DNA of 62,941 nucleotides, the filler included, from Globobulimina sp. (lineage: Eukaryota): the NCBI GenBank assembly GCA_003354225.1. It is 21 parts of 21 records of this genome, joined end to end, with 100 filler letters (N's around TTAATTAATTAA, not from the genome) between each part and the next. Parts side by side here need not be neighbours in the genome. Positions count along the whole stretch, not along the records: positions 12,019 to 14,921 come from PIVH01004421.1; positions 15,022 to 17,923 come from PIVH01004423.1; positions 18,024 to 20,925 come from PIVH01004424.1; positions 21,026 to 23,927 come from PIVH01004425.1; 17 more parts are not named here. One strand, written 5' to 3'. Both the position numbers and the translations under genes were made by a program. Every line of letters begins with the position of its first letter. Within the stretch, counting starts at the first letter, position 1. Of the stretch, positions 12,483 through 23,654 are shown in pieces. A model generated the notes under the pieces. The model had not been told where the DNA came from. It did no database searches and saw nothing but the letters and a program-made list of their open reading frames with translations.

Positions 12483-13175
12483 ATGGCAGCGGCTGCAAAT
12501 AGAATTGATTTAAAACAAATTGATAATCTGACCAAATATTTGGTGTTTGGATACATACGCGATATTGAACAACAATTAGTTCATACATCTAATGATACAT
12601 TATTGGCAAGAATACCCCATTCAATTGTTCTATTGTGTTTATTGTATTACGTTTTGAGAGAATGTTTTGAAAACTGTGACAAAAATGTGATTTCGTTGAT
12701 TGATGATAAGCAAACATTTGTTAATGTGACAGGACATGGTTGGACAACAACCTATGGCGCCATCAAAATAGCATCACTTAAAAAAGTAAGATATGAGTGG
12801 AAATTCAAAATTATCAAACGAGCTTCAGCCAATATGGCCATAGGTATCGATGAAGCAAAATATGACTCAAAAAGTAAGTGTTTTGTCAAGCATTCACAAA
12901 CCATAGGATATGGCATATGGTTTGATGGGGACACATTTTCATGGAAAGGTCATGGTATAAAAAACGTTTTTGTTGAGTTGAAGTATAACACCAATGATAT
13001 TGTTGAAATGATTTTGGATTTAAATGAGTGTACTTTGCAATATGCAGTGAATGGGAATGAACCGATAATAGTATTTGACAATATTGAAACTGGCGAGAAT
13101 ATCAATTATTGCATGGCAATATGTACAGGTTCCCAAACGTCAAGTGTGTCGCTGTTGCGTTACTCCGAAAGGTGA
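12483..13175 (+). CDS. SPRY/B30.2 domain protein
   Basis: YEWKFKII, MAIGI and NDIVEMILDLNECTLQYAVNG. The N-terminal LVFGYIR...IP..I..LC motif is typical of foraminiferan expansions. Confidence 0.85.
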   Translation: MAAAANRIDLKQIDNLTKYLVFGYIRDIEQQLVHTSNDTLLARIPHSIVLLCLLYYVLRECFENCDKNVISLIDDKQTFVNVTGHGWTTTYGAIKIASLKKVRYEWKFKIIKRASANMAIGIDEAKYDSKSKCFVKHSQTIGYGIWFDGDTFSWKGHGIKNVFVELKYNTNDIVEMILDLNECTLQYAVNGNEPIIVFDNIETGENINYCMAICTGSQTSSVSLLRYSER

Positions 13176-13224
13176 ACATTAAATTAAAACTTGAACTAAA
13201 AAAAAACTTGTTTGCAAAAGCAAG

Positions 13225-14921
13225 ATGCTGCTCCGTCCAACCAAGCGAATCTGCAACGTCTATCACCATCAATCTCGTTATTTTGCAGCAGCATCGCCCT
13301 TCGAGAGTTTTAATGAACGCATCTCGTCCTTAAAATCGTCGTATCCAAATTTATTCAACAAAGACTCGTTCTTCTCAGAACAAGAGCAATTATTAACAGC
13401 CTACAAATCGTCGTTAAACTCCTTAATATCTTCCTACGATGACACAAGAGAGAAAATAGATGCATCGACCGGCGAAAATGTCTTCCTCAAATTAGATGAA
13501 TCGCTCTTATTAAACGACTTGAATTTTAAAAACAAGCCTTTTTACAAATCCTTCTCCGACAATGCTGAAATTGAAACTAAATTATCCACCGGCCAGCAAT
13601 ATGTAAATCATGCCATCGAATTACAATCCCAACAGTCGCGCGCCTCCACCATCGAAGAACAAAACGTTAAAATGATTGAAATCGCCGACATCGGGGACAA
13701 GATCGATGTGTGGCAGTTATCATTCACTGATCCGATTAACGACTCTTCCGAGCTTGGACTACCTATCTCTGACCAGGTAAATATATATAATTTCATATAC
13801 ATACTATATCCTTGCACTTATATGCGATTTTGCGCTGCGTACTGTATATACGTAGGAAGTGGATCAATGGGTTCGTGAGCAATACCATCACGCTCCGGAT
13901 GAGGTTCGTGAACAGCGAGGTATGACCTATGAGCAACATAAAAGCGTGGAAGAAGCGTGGATGAAGACATTGGATGACGGACTATGCGATTTATTGGCGC
14001 AACGGCACTCAAACTTTGATGAGGGCAAATTCAGGGATTTCTGTACGGCGACCAATGAAATGTTCCATCCCCATTCGATTGATCATTATGCGATGAGTAA
14101 TTATGCCAAATCGTTATTTCGCGCTGCTTTGTGGCAATCTCGCGAGAGATGTAACGGTGTGGAGCAATCTATAGATATTTTAGTGTCGTTGTTGGACGAT
14201 GGACGCGATGATGACAGCAATATTATTCGTGGTTTGTACCAACAAGCTCCAAATACGCGGTTTGCCACATTTGCTGCGTTTCAGTTGAAGTTAACGGATC
14301 CTTTGTTTGCTGCTAAATTGGTACAGGATATACGGCTGAAATTGGAAGAGATTGCCATTGAGAGGGCGCAAAAGGATGTTTTGTATGATTTGCAAGTGCC
14401 GTATTTACGGAATGAAAGGAAAGAGTTAGAGACTGAATTGGAGGAATCGATGAGTACGAACCCTGCGGCCATGTTGCGAGGGATTAAGGTGTTGAAGGAG
14501 GAGGAGGACAGTTATAATGTTGAAGTGCCATCGTTGGAGACTGTGTTGGATGAGATGTTGCCCACTAAATTGTGGCAAAATGATATAGCTGCGGTGAAGA
14601 AAGCGATTATGTCTTATGCAGCGGGTATAATTCCATATGCTTTTGTGATATTATTTGCATTTTATGTATGTTTATGTATTGCATAGGTAATGGTTCATTG
14701 GTTGATATTGATGCTGCCATAGACCGTACGTTGCGTAGTGATGAGGCGTCATCAGATACGAATTTATTATCAGATGAGGAGATATTGGATATTTGTGTAA
14801 AATATCATAATTCTCGATCTGCCAACGTAGAAAATTATAATTTTTCTGATTTTTTGAACAATGCTACATTGCAAAAAGATATTGGATCGATTTTATCAAA
14901 TCGAAGGATGGCAAATAAGAC
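13225..14921 (+). CDS. Probable mitochondrial helical protein, three exons, 3' partial
   Basis: Arg-rich presequence-like N-terminus. Phase-compatible GT-AG introns at 13777-13855 and 14625-14686 join three ORFs. Confidence 0.75.
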
Positions 14922-15090
14922 NNNNNNNNNNNNNNNNNNNNNNNNNNNNNNNNNNNNNNNNNNNNTTAATTAATTAANNNNNNNNNNNNNNNNNNNNNNN
15001 NNNNNNNNNNNNNNNNNNNNNAGTTCGAACTTTGAAACGAATCCTCCAAACAAAAAACACAAAATTATTTGAATTTGCCTAGATTATATA

Positions 15091-15465
15091 TTACGTATTT
15101 GAAGATGATCGCGAACGTAGTTTGTAGTTATTCCGTATGTGGTCCTTTGTTTTTTGATTCTGGTGCTTATCAATTCGTACATTTGCAGAATTTGTAGATA
15201 TAGCCGCTGAACTATATCTTCTTCTGGTTTGAGGACGCGTTGCTAATTTACATATTTGCTGTCTAGCAGTTTGACAATTTGCTTTTAAAACAGATAGAAC
15301 TTGCCGTGGATCATCAACAATTGCATTACTTTCCAATATGAATTCAAAATGCTCCAAATAATTTGTACATATATCATGTAATTCCAGAAATTGTTCTTGC
15401 TTTTCAGGACTCAATGATGAGCCAGACCTTAACCTCACAGCTGTCGGCGTATTACTGTTTCCCAT
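15091..15465 (-). CDS. Small hypothetical protein with N-myristoylation-like start (MGNSNT)
   Basis: 124-aa ORF starting MG-x3-T. Confidence 0.55.
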   Translation of the reverse strand: MGNSNTPTAVRLRSGSSLSPEKQEQFLELHDICTNYLEHFEFILESNAIVDDPRQVLSVLKANCQTARQQICKLATRPQTRRRYSSAAISTNSANVRIDKHQNQKTKDHIRNNYKLRSRSSSNT

Positions 15466-15510
15466 GGTTTGTTAGAGGACTAAAGCTTAAAAACACTTGA
15501 CTTGCCAACC

Positions 15511-16451
15511 ATGTCACAGTCACTGACAGGAGGACTCATACGGAGCGACTTCAGGACGTTATTGGAATTGGACCAACGCTTAGTGGACTTAATGAAAGGA
15601 AAGCGTGACTTTGAATGTCCAGACATCGATCACAAATTGGACGGCAAAGCATACAAAGCAAATACCATTGAAAGGGAATTTACAAGGAAAGCAGCCAACA
15701 TTGCAATGTATAATTTCATTAAATACACAGTTTTTGGTGGCGTTGCAGGCTATGCATTGGCACTCACACGGCCCAGAACAAAAGTAATCTCTGTCTCAGT
15801 TGGTAAATAACGCATATATATCAATTCATTTATGTTTGAATTTTGAAATAATTAAATAAGAAATGACAAAAATAATTAGGTAGCCTGATAGGATCAACAT
15901 TTGGTGTCTCCAAAGCAACCATAGGAATAATGCGAAGGCAAATAGACTTAGAACATTCACCGGTTGCCGTTGAATCGAGGTACCAACTTTGGAAAATTAA
16001 TCCAAATCATTACTGGTTGGAAAACTATGCAAACGATGTAAAGCGATGGAACAGAATAACATATTATGGCGGCACCACTGACGCTGCAATTAATCACAAC
16101 AAAAATGTAAAATTAAATGAACATATTATTCAACAATTAGACAAATATGATCAGGAAAAGGATAACAATGGAAATAAGGTTATTGACAGTGATGATGATG
16201 ATTTTGAACATGTGCAAACACAAAAAAGACAGAGATTTTATCAAAATAGGAAAATGTTAGGACACGAAGATGGATATTCGACGGATGCACATCACAATGA
16301 CCATTTGTATGATTATGAACGAGAGAATAGAACAAAGCGACAAATTGAAAAAAATAGAAACAAAACTAAGGATGACAAGTTCTTTCATTTTCAATCCTCT
16401 CAAAATGACAAACAATTTGTGGAAACTAATGATGAAATAAGCTGGGGTTGA
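15511..16451 (+). CDS. Two-TM membrane protein, two exons
   Basis: An intron at about 15803-15879 links VISVSV|GSLIGSTFG. Two Gly-rich hydrophobic segments and a charged tail. Confidence 0.65.
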
Positions 16452-16486
16452 ACTTGAAATTTGAAAAGTCAAATGTTTTACTTAAG

Positions 16487-17787
16487 TCACACATTTTTAA
16501 AAAACTCCTCCATTCCATCCATGTGACCCACTCCAACCACCGCCACAATAACTTTACCTTTACATTTTTTCAAATTATTTGCCATAATTTCGTCTCTTTC
16601 ATCCACCAAACCCTTCACCAACTTTGGTGCAAATTTCCGAAATTCGCCAAATTTTTCCCTAATTTTATCCCTGTCTTTCATAGCTTCGATAGTGGCCTCA
16701 GTGTTTGTAAAAAGTCCAAATATCTCACTCCAATTAGTTTTAGGTATGTTTTCTCTTTGTTTCTTGGATTCTTCCCAACCTTTTTGCATTGCTTCCCAAA
16801 CACTCATGTTTTCATATTGCGAATATTTTTCTTTATCCGGATTGAACCATCCATTCCATGAATTATCCTCTTCCCGTTTTCCAAATGTTTCTGTTTTACC
16901 GTCATCACTTTTTGTATACCAATCCCCAATCTTTTTTGGTTCACTCTTAAATTCTTGAGTTTTTTCTTTAACATCTGCCCATGTCGACGTCCATGACTTA
17001 CTGAAATTGTCCTTCATGCTGCTATACAGCTCACTCATTCCATCATTTAATTTCTGCATTGTTTCCTTAACATCGCGGTCACCATAAACTATGGAAGCAT
17101 TTATGTTCTCAGCTTCTTCCAATGCCGCATAAAATTCTCCGCCATATACAAACCCGAAGCCTTCTAAAAATTTAAGCATTCGCGTATTTGTGTGCTTAAA
17201 TTGTTTAGCAAATGGTAGTTCATTTAACCATTCTTCACTTGTGATTGGTACTATGTCTTTTTGTGGTTTGCCTTGGTTTTCGCGGATTTTTGTCCATATT
17301 TTCTCTGCGCGGATTGGGCAAAGTTCGACAAAAACAGTATCGGGTTTTATTTGATGGATTACTTTTCGAACTTGCTATATTTATTTGTTATATATATGTT
17401 GGATATTTATGGGAGAAATTTCAGGAAAGTTATATATAGCTTAACGTCAGCGGAGGATGCACTGATATGTGCAGTGCCAATGAGGTATATTTGTTTATCC
17501 CCATATTGGAGCAATGACAGTGTACCATCTGGTTCTAAAGGTGTTACAGTGAAGTTTTGTTTTGAATGATAAGACAGAGATGGTTTAAAAGGATAGCGAT
17601 GGTAGTGATTGTTGTACGATATTGCAGGTATACAGTATTGTGATTTATGAATGATGAAAGTTGTAGATTGGTGGTGATATTGATGGATTGACAGTGCTTG
17701 AATGTGTCTATAATTTGCTTTTATATGGTGGTAATTAATGGTTATTTTAGTTGAGATTGACGTATGCACTCTTTTCAAGTTAAACAT
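16487..17787 (-). CDS. TraB/PrgY family protein (TRABD-like)
   Basis: IYLIGTAHIS; intron 17375-17445; KPDTVFVELC; EFYAA...YGDRD; LVDERDEIM; VAVVGVGHMDG. Confidence 0.9.
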
Positions 17788-18173
17788 GTTTTTTTTTTAA
17801 CTCTTTTATAATGTTTGCAATTCAAAATCCTTTCAAAATGCAATAAAATATTATGAACAATATGAAGAAAACAAAGATAAAAACGCAAATAGTATCATTG
17901 TATTAATTGGCCATAAATTTGGCNNNNNNNNNNNNNNNNNNNNNNNNNNNNNNNNNNNNNNNNNNNNTTAATTAATTAANNNNNNNNNNNNNNNNNNNNN
18001 NNNNNNNNNNNNNNNNNNNNNNNTACTTATGTCTAAGAGGATTGCTTGCCAGCAGCGTGGATTAATAAATAGTCCTCACTCTATTGCCTCTACTGTCTCT
18101 CCATATGGTTTATAATTCATTTGCAAAATAAACCTCCACATAAAAAATGGTAAATGGCAAATGCAACAGAAAT

Positions 18174-18240
18174 GGTCGCATAGCTCAAGCAGAGCACTGG
18201 ATCAATCCAGAAGATACAGGTTCAAATCCTGTGGCGACAG
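18174..18240 (+). tRNA. Degenerate tRNA-like element (pseudo-tRNA, possibly Cys-derived)
   Basis: GGTCGCA-TA-GCTC/GAGC D stem, CTGGA/TCCAG anticodon stem and ACAGG-TTCAAAT-CCTGT T arm. The D loop is only 5 nt, the anticodon loop only 4 nt (TCAA), and the acceptor stem is imperfect. Confidence 0.6.
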
Positions 18241-18649
18241 CGAATCATCATGTAATGGATTTGGATTTTATGGAATGAGATATTTTGGAATTATACAATG
18301 GAATTAATAATATCACATTTTATTCATAATTCAAATGTAAATGTCTATAAATTATGCGTACAGAGATTCTTTCACAATGATATCAAAGCGATGATAATCT
18401 CATTTTATTCTGTGTCCCATCCATAGTTACAAACATTTCGCGTATTAATCTCAACGGCGATATTTGCAAATCCATATTAAATTTATGCAATGAGATCGGC
18501 GTTATGCTAAGCACAAAATTGTTATTTCAACATTTTATCAAAAAATTAAATATTAATGATACAAATGAAATAAATCAACACTAATTATATCAAAGGAGAA
18601 TGCCTCCATTTGTAGACAGTTAATATTCTTATTTCATTATATTTTATGT

Positions 18650-19436
18650 TTGGATCAATATAAAATGCCAAAACAACAGCCGTTAACTAATAATTTTACT
18701 GCATATAAACGCATGTATTCGCAATTCAAAAATCAACAAAATTATTCAAGTTATTATAAGAAATCAAATGATTCAAATCGCAGTGACAAGAATGACGATA
18801 ATAATGATTTAATCTCTAAAGAATTATTAGAGGCCGAACATGTAACAAATGTATGTTATACGTTGTGTTTCTTATAAATATTTGTTACGCAAAATCGCAA
18901 ATAAAATAAAAATTAAATATATAGATATCAATGTTTATGGTCGAGGATCCACAGCGTGCATTGATACAATTTGCGAATCGATAACATCTGACAATGATTT
19001 GATGGAAATATCGATATTATCCCAATTTGCCAATGGTTGCTTAACATTGTTGCGTGCCAATCAATGGCAATAATAAAGCAGTAAATAACCGCAATATTAA
19101 CATTGTAAAATATGCATTATATATATTACGAGCCATGGTAGCGATATTATTAATTTTAGATAATAAGAAAACAGAAATCAGTCAATTTAATTCAGTATTT
19201 TCCAATAATGAGAAACAGTTAAAATTGTAGATTGCTGCAAGATGATTTGTACCCAATTTATGCAGTATTATGGGGATGATCAGCCCATTGAAACTATGCA
19301 AGGGATAAGGAATAGAAATGATATTATTTGTCATATAAAACATTGTAAACGAATTATAAAATTTGGTGCCAAAGGCTTTAAAAATGGCGCAATTAAACGA
19401 TCACTTCAAAATATGTTTTATCGATATCATTTGTAA
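18650..19436 (+). pseudogene. Fragmented coding-like region
   Basis: Successive short ORFs in different frames (18650-18877, 18849-19073, 19242-19436), with an open stretch in a different frame between the last two. Confidence 0.35.
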
Positions 19437-20568
19437 TTAATTTTGTTTTATTTACTTGCGCTTCTCTGACCTTTATAATATTTAACATTTTATAATGAAT
19501 ATCACAATAAATCAATATTATACAAAGTGCAATGCAGCCGGCACCGATTAACGTAATATATCCAAATGTTTGCAATAATCAGATTTCCCAAATACCACAC
19601 AAATACATTGCAATACGCCACACAAAACATACAATGCCGCACAGCCACATCGATACACTTTGTATCCCTTTGCATTACCACGCTTCTTTGGGATAACAAA
19701 CCATTCCATAAATATCACAGCCACCGAACATTACTATCATAACTCCCAAACTCATACAGTACCATCCATACGTTCCTTTCTTTAAATTTAGCGCAAAATC
19801 CCTCGGCCGCTCTGCCTGCAATGCACGGAACGATTTGTCCTCAAAATTCACCCAGAAATTGAAAAAATTAATAAAATGTCCCACGCCATACAACAACAAC
19901 AACGTGTTGAACAGCAATAAGCGCTGTTTCTTGTCATCCAACTTAAATGAGAACTTTTTGAATACCAAATAACTAAACGAGTCATCGTGGTCCTGCTCCT
20001 CAAAATCGGGCATATCCTCGTTACCGCCATATATAATATGATCGCCTGCGGCACCGCTGTTGATATTGCCTTTGGCGCCGATCTTGTTCCTCTCAGTGGG
20101 CGCTGTGTAGATTTTCTTTGGTCTCTTGTAAACAGACGGTGTGGCAATGTCTGCTCCGTACTCAGTGGGCGGCGCAATGATAAATCTCTCGCGCATAGAC
20201 GACTGGGCGCCGATTACATTGTAAGTCATAACTCGACAAATGGATAGCACCACAATGACGAACCAGGTCTGGTGTGACGAATAAGCGCCATCAGCCATGG
20301 GCGAACATAACAGCACCAAAGAAACGGCAAATTCGACATATTTCTTTAGCACTCATTCGTGGTAAAAGCCCTCGCAAATATAAATAATGGCAGTGGCCGC
20401 ACAGATTAACCAAAACGAGGTCTGTGCAAAAGCTCGGTTCGTTGAATTGTTTAATGTATATACGAATAAACGCCGCGAAATAAGCTCAAAATACATAACA
20501 CAAAGCCGCATAATAATAAATCCTGAAATATGCGACTCAAAATAATACGCCATTCCATAAATTCCCAA
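19393..20568 (-). pseudogene. Multi-pass membrane protein frame with three in-frame stops
   Basis: ORFs 20353-20568, 19675-20352 and 19393-19575 share one frame. Internal stops are TGA 20353-55, TAA 19675-77 and TGA 19576-78, and hydrophobic helices continue across each. Confidence 0.65.
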
Positions 20569-20599
20569 CCTTGCGAATCAAAATAATACGTCATTCCAT
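20531..20599. repeat. 28-bp direct repeat x2
   Basis: tgcgactcaaaataatacgccattccat (20531-20558) versus tgcgaatcaaaataatacgtcattccat (20572-20599). Confidence 0.8.
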
Positions 20600-20600
20600 G

Positions 20601-20682
20601 TCACCGCCGTAGGATTCGAACCTACATCCATTTGGTTTGCAATCCATATAAACCAATGCTCTGCCAATTGAGCTAGGCGACC
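20601..20682 (-). tRNA. tRNA-like gene with expanded 15-nt anticodon loop (possible short intron; isotype uncertain)
   Basis: GGTCGCC-TA-GCTC-AATTGGCA-GAGC-A-TTGGT-(15 nt)-ACCAA-ATGGAT-GTAGG-TTCGAAT-CCTAC-GGCGGTG-A. A and B boxes are good; the top of the acceptor stem is weak. Confidence 0.7.
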
Positions 20683-21026
20683 TTCCATATGACTTCCGAA
20701 TGCTTTTTACTTGATTTCAAAAAATGTCGTTTCTTGAAAAAAGTAAATCGGGGCGAGTCGATTTTAGATTGTCCCAAATATGATTTCTGATTCGTCGTAG
20801 AGACTTTTATACGAAATTCTCTCGTAAAAATCATATTTAGGATCGCCAATCTAAAAGACAAGTGTAGACATTGGAGACATGAAATGTAACGGTCTCGAAA
20901 ATCACTTAGTTGGGCATAGTCAATTNNNNNNNNNNNNNNNNNNNNNNNNNNNNNNNNNNNNNNNNNNNNTTAATTAATTAANNNNNNNNNNNNNNNNNNN
21001 NNNNNNNNNNNNNNNNNNNNNNNNNA

Positions 21027-21851
21027 AAGAACAATTTATATAATATAAATGATAATAATACAAAAGTTATTTTTGATATAAATACACATAATAATAAAAA
21101 TTTAATACCAAAATTTATAAAACCCAAAAAAAAATATAATTTTGATGAAGTAAATATTAAACTAATAGAAATATCGCTTCATAAATTTTTTATTGATAAT
21201 GTAGCTAATAATAAATTATTAGAGATAAATACTGAAAGTTTTAAAATAGCTAATAAAATATTCAATAAATATTTTGAATTTAATAATTTTATTTTAGATA
21301 AGGTTTATAATTTAGATATTAATGATAAAACATTAGGAATTCATTATCGTGGAACAGATAAAAACTATGATAAGGGTCAATCAAATTTTATAAAAAGAGA
21401 GGAAATGCTATTGATTGTAAAAGATTATATAGAAAACAATGAAATTGAAAAAATATTTTGTTGTAGTGATGAACAAGCATTTATAAATGAAATTAAAATA
21501 GAATATCCTAATAAAGTAATCGAGTATAATCAAACTAGATCAAATAACTCATCAAATTTTGGGTTTTTTAGAAAAGGAGCAAATAGTAGTTATGTAGATA
21601 GGGACAATCTAACTTATTCAAGTATTATTGATATGTTAGCATTATCTAAATGTAAGACAATTATTAAAACATCAAGCGCTTTATCTGCTTTTTCAAAAAT
21701 AATAAATCCTAATATCAAACTTTATACAGTTTCGGCAATGAAAATGCCATGGTTTCCTGCTGCTGTTGCAGAAAAATATACATCAAATTCAGAGGAAATC
21801 AAAAAAATTTTAAAAAGAACAATGATAAATGACTGTTATAATGAAATTTAA
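21027..21851 (+). CDS. NodZ/FUT8/O-fucosyltransferase-like GT-B enzyme, 5' partial
   Basis: The frame is open from the contig edge. TLGIHYRGTDK matches motif I; also IFCCSD and IDMLALSKCKTIIKTSSALS. Confidence 0.8.
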   Translation, partial: KNNLYNINDNNTKVIFDINTHNNKNLIPKFIKPKKKYNFDEVNIKLIEISLHKFFIDNVANNKLLEINTESFKIANKIFNKYFEFNNFILDKVYNLDINDKTLGIHYRGTDKNYDKGQSNFIKREEMLLIVKDYIENNEIEKIFCCSDEQAFINEIKIEYPNKVIEYNQTRSNNSSNFGFFRKGANSSYVDRDNLTYSSIIDMLALSKCKTIIKTSSALSAFSKIINPNIKLYTVSAMKMPWFPAAVAEKYTSNSEEIKKILKRTMINDCYNEI

Positions 21852-22165
21852 AAAATAATTTAATAAATTATTTAAATTAAAAAAAATTTCCGCAGTAATG
21901 ATAAAATAATACACTTAAACAAGCAACGCAAAGGTAATCTAGTGCTAATGGACCTTTTAATAAAGCTAACTTAGCACTATTAGCTAAAGCTAAATCCTGT
22001 AAGAGATGCACTTTTTGTAAGCATATGACCACTTGTGGACTGAGTATCTAATATTTCAACAGATTCTTTTAAAACTTTACTAACTGATTCTTTTTCAGGT
22101 TTTTTTCCTTTGCGAAGCGGTAAAGATGGCATTTTTTATAATTAATTGTGAGATTTAAATTTTTA

Positions 22166-22945
22166 CTAAAAATTTAATGTAATAGAAATAGGACAATGAT
22201 CGCTTCCTAACACTTCAGGATGGATATTACAATCTTTAATAAATTCTCTGAATGTAGAATTAATTAAGAAATAATCAAGTCGGTATCCTCGATTACTTTG
22301 TCTCATAGATGGTACTCTCTGGTTCCAATATGTATATAAATTTTCATTATTATTAAAAATTCTAAGACAATCTATAAAATTATTGTTAAGAATTGTAGAT
22401 AATCCTTGACGTTCTAGATCAAAGAAACTAGGAATTTTATTTTTAAATTTAATTGGTTCATAAATATCAATATCATTATGACAAACATTTAAATCGCCAC
22501 AAATAATTAAATTTTTCTGAGATGAGAGAAATTTAATATATTCTGTAAATTTTGGATCCCAAAATTGAGTTCTATATAAAAATCTTGGTGACTGTATATC
22601 TTGAGAATTAGGAGTATATACAGTCAATAGATAAAAATTATCAAATTCAATTGTAGTAATTCTACCTTCTGTATCAAATTCTGGTGTTTCTAATTGTTTA
22701 ATTGGTTGAATTTTAGACCAGATAGCTGTACCACTAAAACCTAATTTTTGAGTAGTACCTAAATTAGAATTCCAATATTTAAAAGGAAATTCATTATTAA
22801 GATTTTGTGGAATAATAACCTGATCAGGAGTAGCTTTTGTTTCTTGAAAACAAATAATATCAATATCAGAATTTATAAAGTAATCTAGATAATTTTGTTT
22901 AATTCTGGCACGAATTCCAGCAACATTCCAGCTAATGATTTTCAT
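22166..22945 (-). CDS. xth: Exodeoxyribonuclease III / AP endonuclease
   Basis: ISWNVAGIRA, CFQETK, VYTPNS, CGDLNVCH, YTYW, RLDYF, GSDHCP. Confidence 0.97.
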   Translation of the reverse strand: MKIISWNVAGIRARIKQNYLDYFINSDIDIICFQETKATPDQVIIPQNLNNEFPFKYWNSNLGTTQKLGFSGTAIWSKIQPIKQLETPEFDTEGRITTIEFDNFYLLTVYTPNSQDIQSPRFLYRTQFWDPKFTEYIKFLSSQKNLIICGDLNVCHNDIDIYEPIKFKNKIPSFFDLERQGLSTILNNNFIDCLRIFNNNENLYTYWNQRVPSMRQSNRGYRLDYFLINSTFREFIKDCNIHPEVLGSDHCPISITLNF

Positions 22946-22976
22946 TTTTCATTTTTTTAAAAAATTTATATTTTTG

Positions 22977-22995
22977 TCAATTTTTAAAAAATTGA
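22977..22995. promoter_or_regulatory. Back-to-back AAAATTGA Mimiviridae early-promoter motifs
   Basis: tcaatttt at 22977-84 (minus strand, faces xth) and aaaattga at 22988-95 (plus strand, faces ORF 23030). Each lies about 30-35 nt from its ATG. Confidence 0.75.
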
Positions 22996-23029
22996 AATGA
23001 TAATTAAATAATAAATTAAGACATAAAAG

Positions 23030-23626
23030 ATGACAACAACAAATGATATGTCTGTTCTTTACATCCCAGATTTTGTATTTCCAACGGATGTAGAACTGAT
23101 TAAGGAACGTTTTATGGAGGAAGGTTATGGTGTTGTAGAAGATGTTGAACTTGTAAAACAGTGGGAATGTGAACTAAATGTGGATGATGATCTATATTCA
23201 GCTGCTTTTGTTACAGTTGGTAAGTGGAATGATAATGAAAAGACACAACATTTTAAAAATATGATCCAAGATAAGAATATTGAAGCACGTCTAACTCATG
23301 GAGAAGATGATTATTGGGAATTTGAACTAGCAAATTTTAAGAATACGGTTGATCATGAACATAGTGATCATTCTAATTGTAGTCATAATGAAACTGATAA
23401 TTTTAGTAAATTAGAGGATCTTAATAATCGTATGTATCATTTAGAGAACAATCTTCTATTTTCAACGAATGGTGTTAACTATCTACTAAATGTTAATCGT
23501 GCAAAAGAGATTAAAAAGGAACGAAAAGAGAAGCAGGTTAAGCTTACTAAAGAGCGACGAAAAGCTCAACGAATGTGGAAGGATCGTCTTCGACCTCTAG
23601 ATAAAGTTAAAAAGTGTAAAGACTAA
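23030..23626 (+). CDS. Viral hypothetical protein with RRM-like N-terminal region and coiled-coil tail
   Basis: The VLYIP...IKERF..GYG.V..VELV...AFV...W pattern resembles RRM-like ORFs of Mimiviridae relatives. Confidence 0.6.
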   Translation: MTTTNDMSVLYIPDFVFPTDVELIKERFMEEGYGVVEDVELVKQWECELNVDDDLYSAAFVTVGKWNDNEKTQHFKNMIQDKNIEARLTHGEDDYWEFELANFKNTVDHEHSDHSNCSHNETDNFSKLEDLNNRMYHLENNLLFSTNGVNYLLNVNRAKEIKKERKEKQVKLTKERRKAQRMWKDRLRPLDKVKKCKD

Positions 23627-23654
23627 TTATTAAATAAAATCTAAATATTATATA

